Below, piece after piece: positions 48,071 to 56,001 of a stretch of 64,000 nt of DNA. The notes below the pieces were generated by a model. That model was not told the origin of the DNA. It saw nothing but the letters and a program-made list of their open reading frames with translations, and made no database searches. Position numbers and translations under genes: made by a program. The stretch's first letter is position 1, and every line of letters starts with the position of its first letter. This stretch comes from Ranitomeya imitator. Lineage: Eukaryota. Location: positions 574,616,001-574,680,000 of the forward strand of contig NC_091287.1 in the NCBI RefSeq assembly GCF_032444005.1, given 5' to 3'.

Positions 48071-51000
48071 TGATGATGATGAAGGAGAATAATGACATTT
48101 TGGGGGCCCTAACCTTGAGCAGCGAGCACAAGACAACAACAAAGCAGCAAATCCGGCCTCTTATAATGAGCCTGTAGATAATAAGATGGGGGTCCGACAA
48201 CATGTCCTGACTTACCGCGTCTTCATCCTCCACCTTCTCCTCGCTGCTGTCAGTGGCGGAGTCCTCCAGCCCGGAGTACTGGCTCTCCTCACTGTCACTG
48301 AGGTCCGACTCATCCGCGTCACTCAGCACCGCGGCCTCCCCGAGCAGCGCCCCCTGCAGGAAGGAGACAGAGGATTACACACTGGGCGAGGGGGGGGGGC
48401 AAGGAGGAGGAGGACATTAGGACATTCTCCCCAGTACAGGGGGGGGGGGGGGGGGGAGGAGGAGGAGATTCTCCTCAGTACAGGGGGGGGGGGGGGGGGG
48501 GGAGGAGGACATTCTCCTCAGTACAGGGGGGAGGAGGAGGACATTCTCCTCAGTACAGGGGGGAGGAGGAGGACATTCTCCTCAGTACAGGGGGGAGGAG
48601 GAGGACATTCTCCTCAGTACAGGGGGGAGGAGGAGGGCATTCTCCTCAGTACAGGGGGAAGGAGGAGGACATTCTCCTCAGTACAGGGGGGGGGGCATTC
48701 TCAGTACAGGGGGGGGGAGGAGGACGACATTCTCCTCAGTACGGGGGGGGGGGGGGACGACATTCTCCTCAGTACAGGGGGGGGAGGAGGAGGACATTCT
48801 CCTCAGTACAGGGGGGGGAGGAGGAGGACATTCTCCTCAGTACAGGGGGAAGGAGGAGGACATTCTCCTCAGTACAGGGGGGGGGGCATTCTCAGTACAG
48901 GGGGGGGGAGGAGGACGACATTCTCCTCAGTACGGGGGGGGGGGGGGGACGACATTCTCCTCAGTACAGGGGGGGGAGGAGGAGGACATTCTCCTCAGTA
49001 CAGGGGGGGGAGGAGGAGGACATTCTCCTCAGTACAGGGGGGAGGAGGAGGACATTCTCCTCAGTACGGGGGGGGGGGGAGGAGGAGGACATTCTCCTCA
49101 GTACGGGGGGGGGGGGGGAGGAGGAGGACATTCTCCTCAGTACAGGGGGGGGAGGAGGAGGACATTCTCCTCAGTACAGGGGGGAGGAGGAGGACATTCT
49201 CCTCAGTACGGGGGGGGGGGGGAGGAGGAGGACATTCTCCTCAGTACGGGGGGGGGGGGGGAGGAGGAGGACATTCTCCTCAGTACGGGGGGGGGGGGGG
49301 GGAGGAGGAGGACATTCTCCTCAGTACGGGGGGGGGGGGAGGAGGAGGACATTCTCCTCAGTACGGGGGGGGGAGGAGGAGGACATTCTCCTCAGTACGG
49401 GGGGGGGGGGAGGAGGAGGACATTCTCCTCAGTACGGGGGGGGGGGGGGGAGGAGGAGGACATTCTCCTCAGTACGGGGGGGAGGAGGAGGACATTCTCC
49501 TCAGTACAGGGGGGGGGAGGAGGAGGACATTCTCCTCGGTAAAGGGGGGGGGGAGGAGGAGGACATTCTCCTCGGTACAGGGGGGGAGGAGGAGGACATT
49601 CTCCTCGGTACAGGGGGGGGGAGGAGAACATTCTCCTCGGTACAGGGGGGAGGAGGAGGACATTCTCCTCAGTACAGGGGGGAGGAGGAGGACATTCTCC
49701 TCAGTACAGGGGGGAGGAGGAGGACATTCTCCTCAGTACAGGGGGGAGGAGGAGGACATTCTCCTCAGTACAGGGGGGGGAGGAGGAGGACATTCTCCTC
49801 GGTAAAGGGGGGGAGGAGGAGGACATTCTCCTCGGTACAGGGGGGGGGGAGGAGGAGGACATTCTCCTCGGTAAAGGGGGGGGGGAGGAGGAGGACATTC
49901 TCCTCGGTAAAGGGGGGGGGGAGGAGGAGGACATTCTCCTCGGTACAGGGGGGGGAGGAGGAGGACATTCTCCTCAGTACAGGGGGGGGGAGGAGAACAT
50001 TCTCCTCAGTACAGGGGGGGGGGAGGAGGACATTCTCCTCAGTACAGGGGGGGAGGAGGAGGACATTCTCCTCAGTACAGGGGGGGGGGGAGGAGGACAT
50101 TCTCCTCAGTACAGGGGGGGGAGGAGGAGGACATTCTCCTCAGTACAGGGGGGGGAGGAGGAGGAGGACATTCTCCTCAGTACAGGGGGGGGGGAGGAGA
50201 ACATTCTCCTCAGTACAGGGGGGGGAGGAGGAGGACATTCTCCTCAGTACGGGGGGGGGGGAGGAGGACATTCTCCTCAGTACAGGGGGGAGGAGGAGGA
50301 CATTCTCCTCAGTACAGGGGGGAGGAGGAGGACATTCTCCTCAGTACAGGGGGGGAGGAGGAGGACATTCTCCTCAGTACAGGGGGGAGGAGGAGGACAT
50401 TCTCCTCAGTACAGGGGGGAGGAGGAGGACATTCTCCTCAGTACAGGGGGGAGGAGGAGGACATTCTCCTCAGTACAGGGGGGAGGAGGAGGACATTCTC
50501 CTCAGTACAGGGGGGAGGAGGAGGACATTCTCCTCAGTACAGGGGGGGGAGGAGGAGGACATTCTCCTCAGTACAGGGGGGGGAGGAGGAGGACATTCTC
50601 CTCGGTAAAGGGGGGGGGAGGAGGAGGACATTCTCCTCGGTACAGGGGGGGAGGAGGAGGACATTCTCCTCGGTACAGGGGGGGAGGAGGAGGACATTCT
50701 CCTCAGTACAGGGGGGAGGAGGAGGACATTCTCCTCAGTACAGGGGGGAGGAGGAGGACATTCTCCTCAGTACAGGGGGGAGGAGGAGGACATTCTCCTC
50801 AGTACAGGGGGGAGGAGGAGGACATTCTCCTCGGTAAAGGGGGGGGAGGAGGAGGACATTCTCCTCGGTACAGGGGGGGGGAGGAGGAGGACATTCTCCT
50901 CGGTAAAGGGGGGGGGAGGAGGAGGACATTCTCCTCGGTAAAGGGGGGGGGAGGAGGAGGACATTCTCCTCGGTAAAGGGGGGGGGAGGAGGAGGACATT

Positions 51001-51568
51001 CTCCTCAGTACAGGGGGGGGGGAGGAGAACATTCTCCTCAGTACAGGGGGGGGGGAGGAGGACATTCTACTCAGTACAGGGGGGGAGGAGGAGGACATTA
51101 TCCTCAGTACAGGGGGGGAGGAGGAGGACATTCTCCTCAGTACGGGGGGGGGGGGAGGAGGACATTCTCCTCAGTACGGGGGAGGAGGACATTCTCCTCA
51201 GTACAGGGGGGGGGAGGAGGAGGACATTCTCCTCAGTACGGGGGGGGGAGGAGGAGGACATTCTCCTCAGTACAGGGGGGGGAGGAGGAGGACATTCTCC
51301 TCAGTACAGGGGGGGGAGGAGGAGGACATTCTCCTCAGTACAGGGGGGGGGAGGAGGAGGAGGATATTCTCCTCAGTACAGGGGGGGAGGAGGAGGACAT
51401 TCTCCTCAGTACAGGGGGAGGAGGAGGACATTCTCCTCAGTACGGGGGGGGGGGGAGGAGGACATTCTCCTCAGTACAGGGGGAGGAGGAGGACATTCTC
51501 CTCAGTACGGGGGGTCTCGTCTCCTTCCTCCTCACCGGCTCCGCGCTCTCCGTGCTCCGCCTCTTCAT
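3354..51568 (-). CDS. BOP1: Ribosome biogenesis protein BOP1 (PeBoW complex WD40 protein), whole 16-exon gene span; spliced CDS 2094 nt = 697 aa + stop
   Basis: Sixteen exons assembled by hand with GT-AG junctions in consistent phase. Translation gives BOP1 hallmarks: [11 protein letters not shown]|[47 protein letters not shown], and the WD40 C-terminus ...[17 protein letters not shown]. Confidence 0.97.
3594..3701 (-). CDS. BOP1: BOP1 exon 15 ([36 protein letters not shown])
   Basis: 108 nt; acceptor gttttacag|, donor AA|gtaagt. Confidence 0.96.
3782..3866 (-). CDS. BOP1: BOP1 exon 14 ([28 protein letters not shown])
   Basis: 85 nt; acceptor cgttccag|, donor AG|gtaagt. Confidence 0.95.
3967..4255 (-). 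CDS. BOP1: BOP1 exon 13 ([14 protein letters not shown]...[12 protein letters not shown])
   Basis: 289 nt; acceptor ttctcacag|, donor CAG|gtaagc; matches track ORF 3926-4297. Confidence 0.96.
4324..4504 (-). CDS. BOP1: BOP1 exon 12 ([16 protein letters not shown]...[10 protein letters not shown])
   Basis: 181 nt; acceptor gttttgctcag|, donor AAG|gtagac. Confidence 0.94.
4606..5225. repeat. ~86-bp tandem repeat (~7 copies) filling BOP1 intron 11
   Basis: Unit tcagtaatgtaatgtatgtacacagtgactgcaccagcagaatagtgagtgcagctctggagtataatacaggaggtaactcagga (starts at 4981 and 5067). Confidence 0.95.
5234..5366 (-). CDS. BOP1: BOP1 exon 11 ([16 protein letters not shown]...VLVAAC/V)
   Basis: 133 nt; acceptor ctcttcttag|, donor |gtaagt; GSDD-x4-WE WD motif. 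Confidence 0.94.
5728..5797 (-). CDS. BOP1: BOP1 exon 10 ([24 protein letters not shown])
   Basis: 70 nt; acceptor tcccactag|, donor CAG|gtacgt; start of the first WD repeat. Confidence 0.94.
5891..5971 (-). CDS. BOP1: BOP1 exon 9 ([27 protein letters not shown])
   Basis: 81 nt; acceptor atcacacag|, donor ATG|gtgagt. Confidence 0.95.
6042..6203 (-). CDS. BOP1: BOP1 exon 8 ([11 protein letters not shown]...[18 protein letters not shown])
   Basis: 162 nt; acceptor cctctgtag|, donor AGG|gtaagc. Confidence 0.95.
6286..6498 (-). CDS. BOP1: BOP1 exon 7 ([12 protein letters not shown]...[13 protein letters not shown])
   Basis: 213 nt; acceptor ggttttag|, donor GAG|gtgcg. Confidence 0.95.
6611..6712 (-). 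CDS. BOP1: BOP1 exon 6 ([34 protein letters not shown])
   Basis: 102 nt; acceptor ttttcctgcag|, donor AAG|gtaac. Confidence 0.95.
7050..9260. repeat. 52-bp G-rich minisatellite (~42 copies) in BOP1 intron 5
   Basis: Unit actggggagactgaggggggatggagggtgtggcaggaagactgcaccaacc (starts at 7201 and 7253). Confidence 0.97.
9549..9666 (-). CDS. BOP1: BOP1 exon 5 ([39 protein letters not shown])
   Basis: 118 nt; poly-T acceptor ...tttacag|, donor GAG|gtatgg. Confidence 0.95.
9865..10019 (-). CDS. BOP1: BOP1 exon 4 ([13 protein letters not shown]...MENPDY/W)
   Basis: 155 nt; acceptor ttccttctcag|, donor TG|gtgagt; matches track ORF 9861-10061. Confidence 0.96.
10800..11070 (+). promoter_or_regulatory. 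Probable SCX core promoter with TATA box (TATAAAA 11013-11019)
   Basis: Canonical TATAAAA in unique sequence, E-boxes CAGCTG and CACGTG just downstream, and several CAGAC/GTCT (SMAD-type) elements. Only a minisatellite separates it from the SCX ATG. Confidence 0.6.
11110..12135. repeat. ~43-48-bp minisatellite (~22 copies) between the SCX TATA box and ATG
   Basis: Unit core acagaggaggcagtgacagcgcaccatccgtcc plus a variable linker. Confidence 0.95.
12195..12704 (+). CDS. SCX: Scleraxis (class II bHLH transcription factor) exon 1, 170 codons
   Basis: N-terminus MSFAMLR..., basic-[59 protein letters not shown]-terminal [15 protein letters not shown]; donor CAG|GTGAGA. The nested position in BOP1 matches known SCX synteny and distinguishes it from TCF15/paraxis. 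Confidence 0.95.
12880..13730 (+). repeat. 67-bp minisatellite (~13 copies) in the SCX intron
   Basis: Unit gagcggacacttctagtcctgtcctgtagtgatgtatatagtatatacccaggaggacggtgaggag (starts at 13204, 13271, 13338). Confidence 0.96.
13950..14775. repeat. ~33-36-bp pyrimidine-rich minisatellite
   Basis: Unit ~tttctctgcagtcttttggggtctgtctctcctcc. Confidence 0.95.
15125..16215 (-). mobile_element. Degenerate Tc1/mariner remnant
   Basis: Fragments [13 protein letters not shown] (N-terminal region) and [31 protein letters not shown] (DDE region), with many frameshifts. Confidence 0.75.
17941..18133 (+). mobile_element. CR1 ORF2 internal fragment (end of endonuclease), copy 1, embedded in minisatellite
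   Basis: [13 protein letters not shown]...[22 protein letters not shown], an SDH endonuclease motif plus LNFRRANF linker. Confidence 0.8.
18854..19046 (+). mobile_element. CR1 ORF2 internal fragment, copy 2 (offset 913 bp)
   Basis: Identical translation to copy 1 in the ORF track. Confidence 0.8.
19470..19735. repeat. Short degenerate tandem repeat (~70 bp, ~4 copies)
   Basis: Recurrent caggttcctccacattgttgctctgtcctggat. Confidence 0.75.
19978..20016 (+). CDS. SCX: Scleraxis exon 2 coding part ([12 protein letters not shown])
   Basis: Polypyrimidine acceptor ctttccttcattctctctttag|; peptide resembles the mammalian SCX tail SKDRDRKTAIRS*; phase 0 fits exon 1. Confidence 0.9.
   Translation, partial: GKDRERKTTIRT
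20390..20395 (+). terminator. Probable SCX polyadenylation signal AATAAA
   Basis: First AATAAA noticed after the SCX stop, ~375 nt downstream. Confidence 0.55.
20478..20945. repeat. Degenerate ~105-bp tandem repeat downstream of SCX, decaying to ~21450
   Basis: Recurrent cccccacaggcaaaaatgggagg...gaggacccc..tatatgcccactggtaga.ata...gggggctaaccagag. Confidence 0.8.
22185..24225. repeat. GC-rich composite minisatellite (59-bp and ~46-bp unit variants)
   Basis: Unit caagtgaggccgacggggcagaaaaggccactcactccagccccccagagaaaagagag (period 59 at 23101/23160); shorter variants dominate the right half. Confidence 0.95.
24925..26360. repeat. 36-bp minisatellite (~39 copies)
   Basis: Unit tgtgatgaggcaccaccctgccccatgaggggtccg (starts at 26281 and 26317). 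Confidence 0.96.
26985..31072. repeat. 4.1-kb G-rich composite minisatellite (~30-65-bp variants)
   Basis: Core ggggatcctacagaggccggaggaaggtgggggacccaaagatata with an optional agccagggcgaggg insert. Confidence 0.96.
31168..31370 (-). mobile_element. CR1 3' end fragment with (ctatgtta)n tail
   Basis: Near-identical to 54190-54380; tail reads taacatag x3 on the plus strand. Confidence 0.85.
31491..31562 (-). CDS. BOP1: BOP1 exon 3 ([24 protein letters not shown])
   Basis: Acceptor tctctcttttag|, donor GAG|gtaaga; DEYxxDSSDEE motif joins in frame to DIRNTVGN of exon 4. Confidence 0.93.
31675..34980. repeat. 46-48-bp minisatellite (~70 copies) in BOP1 intron 2
   Basis: Unit aatgatcagcggaggccccatcactaatatggtgtatctaggggg. 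Confidence 0.97.
35737..35960. mobile_element. Partial PIF/Harbinger-type MITE with internal palindromes
   Basis: Starts tta-ggctaggttcacatt; 17-bp stem ggactacgttacaccgc/gcggtgtaacgtagtcc. Second end not found. Confidence 0.5.
35975..38875. repeat. 44-51-bp minisatellite (~60 copies)
   Basis: Unit ctcactgacagctctcgtcagacgcacttgtcactgttcctccgctcatcg with 4- and 7-bp deletion variants. Confidence 0.96.
40921..41228. mobile_element. Degenerate Harbinger-type MITE inside the L2
   Basis: Interrupts the L2 reading LSL|TTGVFP; imperfect inverted ends tatgtttccacgttcagga/tcctgaacgtggacata; taa/tta flanks. Confidence 0.65.
41407..42387 (-). mobile_element. 5'-truncated L1-clade LINE with poly(A) tail, inserted in the L2 RT
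   Basis: ORF2 C-terminus with cysteine-knuckle remnant [19 protein letters not shown]; poly-T at 41408-41422; probable 8-bp TSD tcctgctc (41399-41406 and 42388-42395); the L2 frame resumes across it. Confidence 0.8.
42497..45995 (+). repeat. 44-bp minisatellite (~79 copies) derived from the L2 RT motif [14 protein letters not shown]
   Basis: Unit actactctgtcctcctccccctgg(g/a)cctgtcctctgccttctac; flanks read ...[11 protein letters not shown] and [14 protein letters not shown]. Confidence 0.97.
46440..47930 (+). repeat. 60-bp minisatellite (~25 copies) derived from the L2 3' end
   Basis: Unit tatcctcacccatcccttgtagattgtgagccctcgcgggcagggtcctctctcctcctg; the last copy runs into the genuine L2 3' terminus. 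Confidence 0.97.
48216..48353 (-). CDS. BOP1: BOP1 exon 2 ([46 protein letters not shown])
   Basis: Acceptor tccttcctgcag|, donor |gtaagt; acidic DSEES-SGLEDS segment typical of the BOP1 N-terminus. Confidence 0.92.
48410..51512. repeat. ~30-36-bp G-run minisatellite (~95 copies) filling BOP1 intron 1
   Basis: Unit ggaggaggaggacattctcctcagtaca(g)n with variable G homopolymer length. Confidence 0.97.
51536..51568 (-). CDS. BOP1: BOP1 exon 1 ([11 protein letters not shown])
   Basis: ATG in GGAACCATG context within a CpG-rich region, followed by a CCG|GTGAGG donor; phase 0 matches exon 2. Short and not strongly conserved, so less certain than the internal exons. Confidence 0.8.
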
Positions 51569-51950
51569 GGTTCCGCTGTTCCGGGTATGTTCTGCCGGTG
51601 TAGCAGTCAGTTGGTTCCCGGATTACTGGAGCGCAGGGAACCGGCCGGGAACACGTGTGTCTGCAGCCAACAAACCGGAAACGATCGTCCAGCGTTGACT
51701 CCGCCCTCTGCTCTGCCGGAAACCACCGACGCCATCTTGGTAGTGGCAGGAGAGAAGTGCTTGGCGACTGTAATTGCTCCTTATGAAGCACCTGAGGCTG
51801 CGCAATAAGGAGGCGTAGGCCGCATGCGCAGTTTGTCACGGCACACCAAGATGGCGGCGACCAGAGGTTTGCGGGCCCCGGACTGTGTGCGGAGTGTGAG
51901 GGGCCCCTGAGGGCTGCAGGGCGGAGAGTGCGGACCCGGAGGACCCAGGT
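51569..51950. promoter_or_regulatory. CpG-rich bidirectional-type promoter of BOP1
   Basis: High CpG density; divergent YY1-like CAAGATGGCG motifs (minus ~51730-51739, plus ~51847-51858); NRF1-like CGCATGCGCA ~51822-51831; ETS-like CCGGAA at ~51676 and ~51716; plus-strand donor CAG|GTACAG at 51948/51949. Confidence 0.7.
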
Positions 51951-52004
51951 ACAGAGTAATACTATAGACTTATACCGAGAGCTCCTCTTCTATCATGTAT
52001 GATG

Positions 52005-53480
52005 GTAATAATAATAATCATCTTTATTTATATAGCGCCAACATATTCCGCAGCGCTTTACAGTTTAACAGTTTCAAACACAACAGTCATAAGTAACAAT
52101 GTTAACAATACAATAATTAAGGCGAAATAAGCCGCCCCTGCTCGTGAGAGCTTACAATCTACAATGAGGTGGGGGAGATACAAAGTACAGGTGTGTATTT
52201 ACAATGATGTATTTACAATGAGGGTCCGGCCATCTTCAGGGGGTGGGGGATAGATGGAGATAGTGAATGGGCTACACACACACAAACATAACATAACTTT
52301 GATTAGTGAACGTGATAGGCCGCTCTGAACAAATGTGTTTTGAGCGAGCGCCTAAAACTATGCAAATTATGGATGGTCCTAATATCTTGGGGTAGAGCAT
52401 TCCAGAGGATTAGCGCAGCACGGGAGAAGTCTTGGAGTCGGGAGTGGGAGGTACGGATGAGTGCAGAGGTTAGTCGAAAGTCATTTGCAGAGTGCAGTGG
52501 TCTGTTAGGCTGATAGACAGAAATGAGGGAGGAGATGTATGGGGGGCCGCACTGTGGAGAGCTTTGTGGGTGAGAACAAGTACTTTGAATTGTATCCTGT
52601 AATGAATGGGCAGCCAGTGTAACGACTGGCGAAGAGCGGACGCGTCCGAGTAACGATTAGCCAGATGGACGACCCTGGCTGAGCATTAAGGATGGACTGG
52701 AGAGGGGAAAGTCGCGTTAGGGGGAGGCCAATTAATAGAGCGTTACAGTAGTCCAGGCGGGAGTGGATCAGGGCGACCGTGAGGGTTTTAGTTGTCTCCA
52801 TGGTGAGAAAAGGGCGGATTCTAGAGATGTTCTTTAGGTGTAAGCGGCACGAGCGGGCAAGAGATTGTATATGGGAGGTGAAGGAGAGATCGGAGTCAAA
52901 CATAACACCAGACAGCGCGCCTGCTGCGGGGGTGTTATTATGGTGCCACCCACGGAGAGGGAAATGTCAGATTTAGGGAGGTTAGTAGATGGTGGGAGCA
53001 GAAGTTCAGTTTTGGAGAGGTTGAGTTTCAGATAGAGAGCGGACATGATGTTGGAGACTGCGGACAGACAGTCAGTGGCGTTCTGTAGTACAGCGGGGTA
53101 AGGTCAGGGGATGATGTGTATAGTTGTGTGTCGTCGGCATAAAGATGGTACTGAAAGCCAAATCTGCTGATGGTCTGTCCAATTGGTGCCGTGTAGAGAG
53201 AGAAGAGAAGGGGCCAAGGACTGAGCCCTGAGGTACCATGACAGCGAGAGGAAGAGGAGATGAAGTGGAGCCAGAGAACAGAACACTGAAGGAGCGGTCG
53301 GAAAGATAGGAGGAGAACCAGGAGAGAGCAGTGTCCTTAATGCCAAGTGACTGGAGCCTAGAGAGTAGGAGAGGGTGGTCAACAGTGTCGAAAGCTGCAG
53401 AAAGGTCGAGAAGAATGAGCAGACAATAATAGTAATGTGTATATCACCGCCACATACCGCAGCAGCGCTGTACAATAAGC
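52005..53480 (-). mobile_element. L2-clade LINE 3' fragment (RT C-terminus + 3' UTR)
   Basis: [34 protein letters not shown]; plus-strand tail taataataataat..tttatttatatagcgccaacatattccgcagcgctttac. Confidence 0.9.
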
Positions 53481-53519
53481 AAGGACAACACCAGACATCA
53501 CATGAAAAGCAAGGATCCT

Positions 53520-56000
53520 GCCAGTATGTGTATATGTACATGTATGACCCGGTCACCGGCCAGTATGTGTATATGTACATGTATGACCCGGTCACCGGCC
53601 AGTATGTGTATATGTACATGTATGACCCGGGCACCAGCCAGTATGTGTATATGTACATGTATGACCCGGTCACCGGCCAGTATGTGTATATGTACATGTA
53701 TGACCCGGTCACCGGACAGTATGTGTATATGTACATGTATGACCCGGTCACCGGACAGTATGTGTATATGTACATGTATGACCCGGGCACCGGCCAGTAT
53801 GTGTATATGTACATGTATGACCCGGGCACCGGCCAGTATGTGTATATGTACATGTATGACCCGGGCACCGGCCAGTATATGTACATGTATGACCCGGGCA
53901 CCGGCCAGTATGTGTATATGTACATGTATGACCCGGGCACCGGCCAGTATGTGTATATGTACATGTATGACCCGGTCACCGGCCAGTATGTGTATATGTG
54001 CATGTATGACCCGGTCACCGGACAGTATGTGTATATGTGCATGTATGATCCGGTCACCGGACAGTATGTGTATATGTGCATGTATGATCCGGTCACCGGC
54101 CAGTATGTGTATATGTACATGTATGACCCGGGCACCGGCCAGTATGTGTATATGTACATGTATGACCCGGTCACCGGCCAGTATGTGTATAGTAACATAG
54201 TAAGGCCGAAAAAAGACATTTGTCCATCCAGTTCAGCCTACATTCCATCATAATAAATCCCCAGATCTACGTCCTTCTACAGAACCTAATAATTGTATGA
54301 TACAATATTGTTCTGCTCCAGGAAGACATCCAGGCCTCTCTTGAACCCCTCGACTGAGTTCGCCATCACCACCTCCTCAGGCAAGCAATTCCAGATTCTC
54401 ACTGCCCTAACAGTAAAGAATCCTCTTCTATGTTGGTGGAAAAACCTTCTCTCCTCCAGACGCAAAGAATGCCCCCTTGTGCCCGTCACCTTCCTTGGTA
54501 TAAACAGATCCTCAGCGAGATATTTGTATTGTCCCCTTATATACTTATACATGGTTATTAGATCGCCCCTCAGTCGTCTTTTTTCTAGACTAAATAATCC
54601 TAATTTCGCTAATCTATCTGGGTATTGTAGTTCTCCCATCCCCTTTATTAATTTTGTTGCCCTCCTTTGTACTCTCTCTAGTTCCATTATATCCTTCCTG
54701 AGCACCGGTGCCCAAAACTGGACACAGTACTCCATGTGCGGTCTAACTAGGGATTTGTACAGAGGCAGTATAATGCTCTCATCATGTGTATCCAGACCTC
54801 TTTTAATGCACCCCATGATCCTGTTTGCCTTGGCAGCTGCTGCCTGGCACTGGCTGCTCCAGGTAAGTTTATCATTAACTAGGATCCCCAAGTCCTTCTC
54901 CCTGTCAGATTTACCCAGTGGTTTCCCGTTCAGTGTGTAATGGTGATATTGATTCCCTCTTCCCATGTGTATAACCTTACATTTATCATTGTTAAACCTC
55001 ATCTGCCACCTTTCAGCCCAAGTTTCCAACTTATCCAGATCCATCTGTAGCAGAATACTATCTTCTCTTGTATTAACTGCTTTACATAGTTTTGTATCAT
55101 CTGCAAATATCGATATTTTACTGTGTAAACCTTCTACCAGATCATTAATGAATATGTTCAAGAGAACAGGTCCCAATACTGACCCCTGCGGTCCCCACTG
55201 GTCACAGCGACCCAGTTAGAGGCCAGTATATGTACATGTATGACCCGGTCACCGGCCAGTATGTGTATATGTGCATGTATGACCCGGTCACCGGCCAGTA
55301 TGTGTATATGTGCATGTATGATCCGGGCACCGGCCAGTATGTGTATATGTACATGTATGATCCGGGCACCGGCCAGTATGTGTATATGTACATGTATGAG
55401 CCGGTCACCGGCCAGTATGTGTATATGTACATGTATGACCTGGTCACCGGCCAGTATGTGTATATGTACATGTATGATCCGGTCACCGGCCAGTATGTGT
55501 ATATGTACATGTATGATCCGGTCACCGGCCAGTATGTGTATATGTACATGTATGATCCGGTCACCGGCCAGTACGTGTATATGTACATGTATGACCCGGT
55601 CACCGGCCAGTATGTGTATATGTACATGTATGACCCGGTCACCGGCCAGTATGTGTATATGTACATGTATGACCTGGTCACCGGCCAGTATGTGTATATG
55701 TACATGTATGATCCGGTCACCGGCCAGTATGTGTCTATGTACATGTATGACCCGGTCACCGGCCAGTATGTGTATATGTACATGTATGACCCGGTCACCG
55801 GCCAGTATGTGTATATGTACATGTATGACCCGGCCAGTATGTGTATATGTACATGTATGATCCGGTCACCGGCCAGTATGTGTATATGTATGACCCGGTC
55901 ACCGGCCAGTATGTGTATATGTACATGTATGACCCGGGCATCGGCCAGTATCTGTATATGTACATGTATGATCCGGGCACCGGCCACTATGTGTATATGT
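53520..56000. repeat. 39-bp minisatellite split in two (53520-54187 and 55220-56000) by a CR1 insertion
   Basis: Unit ccagtatgtgtatatgtacatgtatgacccggtcaccgg. Confidence 0.96.
54190..55220 (-). mobile_element. 5'-truncated CR1 LINE with an open 296-aa RT C-terminal frame
   Basis: GPVLLNIFINDL...FADDTKL...RWQMRFNNDKCKV...LVRPHMEYCVQFW...LEKRRLRGDLITMYK; (ctatgtta) tail. Confidence 0.92.
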
Positions 56001-56001
56001 A

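Larger units (their letters stand above)
39000..48075 (+). mobile_element. Disrupted L2-clade LINE (APE endonuclease + RT + 3' end) with nested insertions and two arrays grown from its own sequence
   Basis: GDISANPGP leader; endonuclease [10 protein letters not shown]...AITETWL...HGGGVG...IMGDFNIP...GHTLDLIF; [46 protein letters not shown]; 3' end tgtagattgtgagccctcgcgggcaggg...ggaataaatggt followed by an (AAT)n tail at ~48020-48070. Confidence 0.9.

Noticed and set aside
48186-49805. 539-aa Gly-rich ORF
   Set aside because: Antisense to BOP1 exon 2 plus the G-run array; the frame depends on homopolymer lengths.
51471-51839. 122-aa minus-strand ORF as BOP1 exon 1
   Set aside because: Its frame does not splice in phase with exon 2 at the GTGAGG donor and it runs into the minisatellite; the ATG at 51568 fits.
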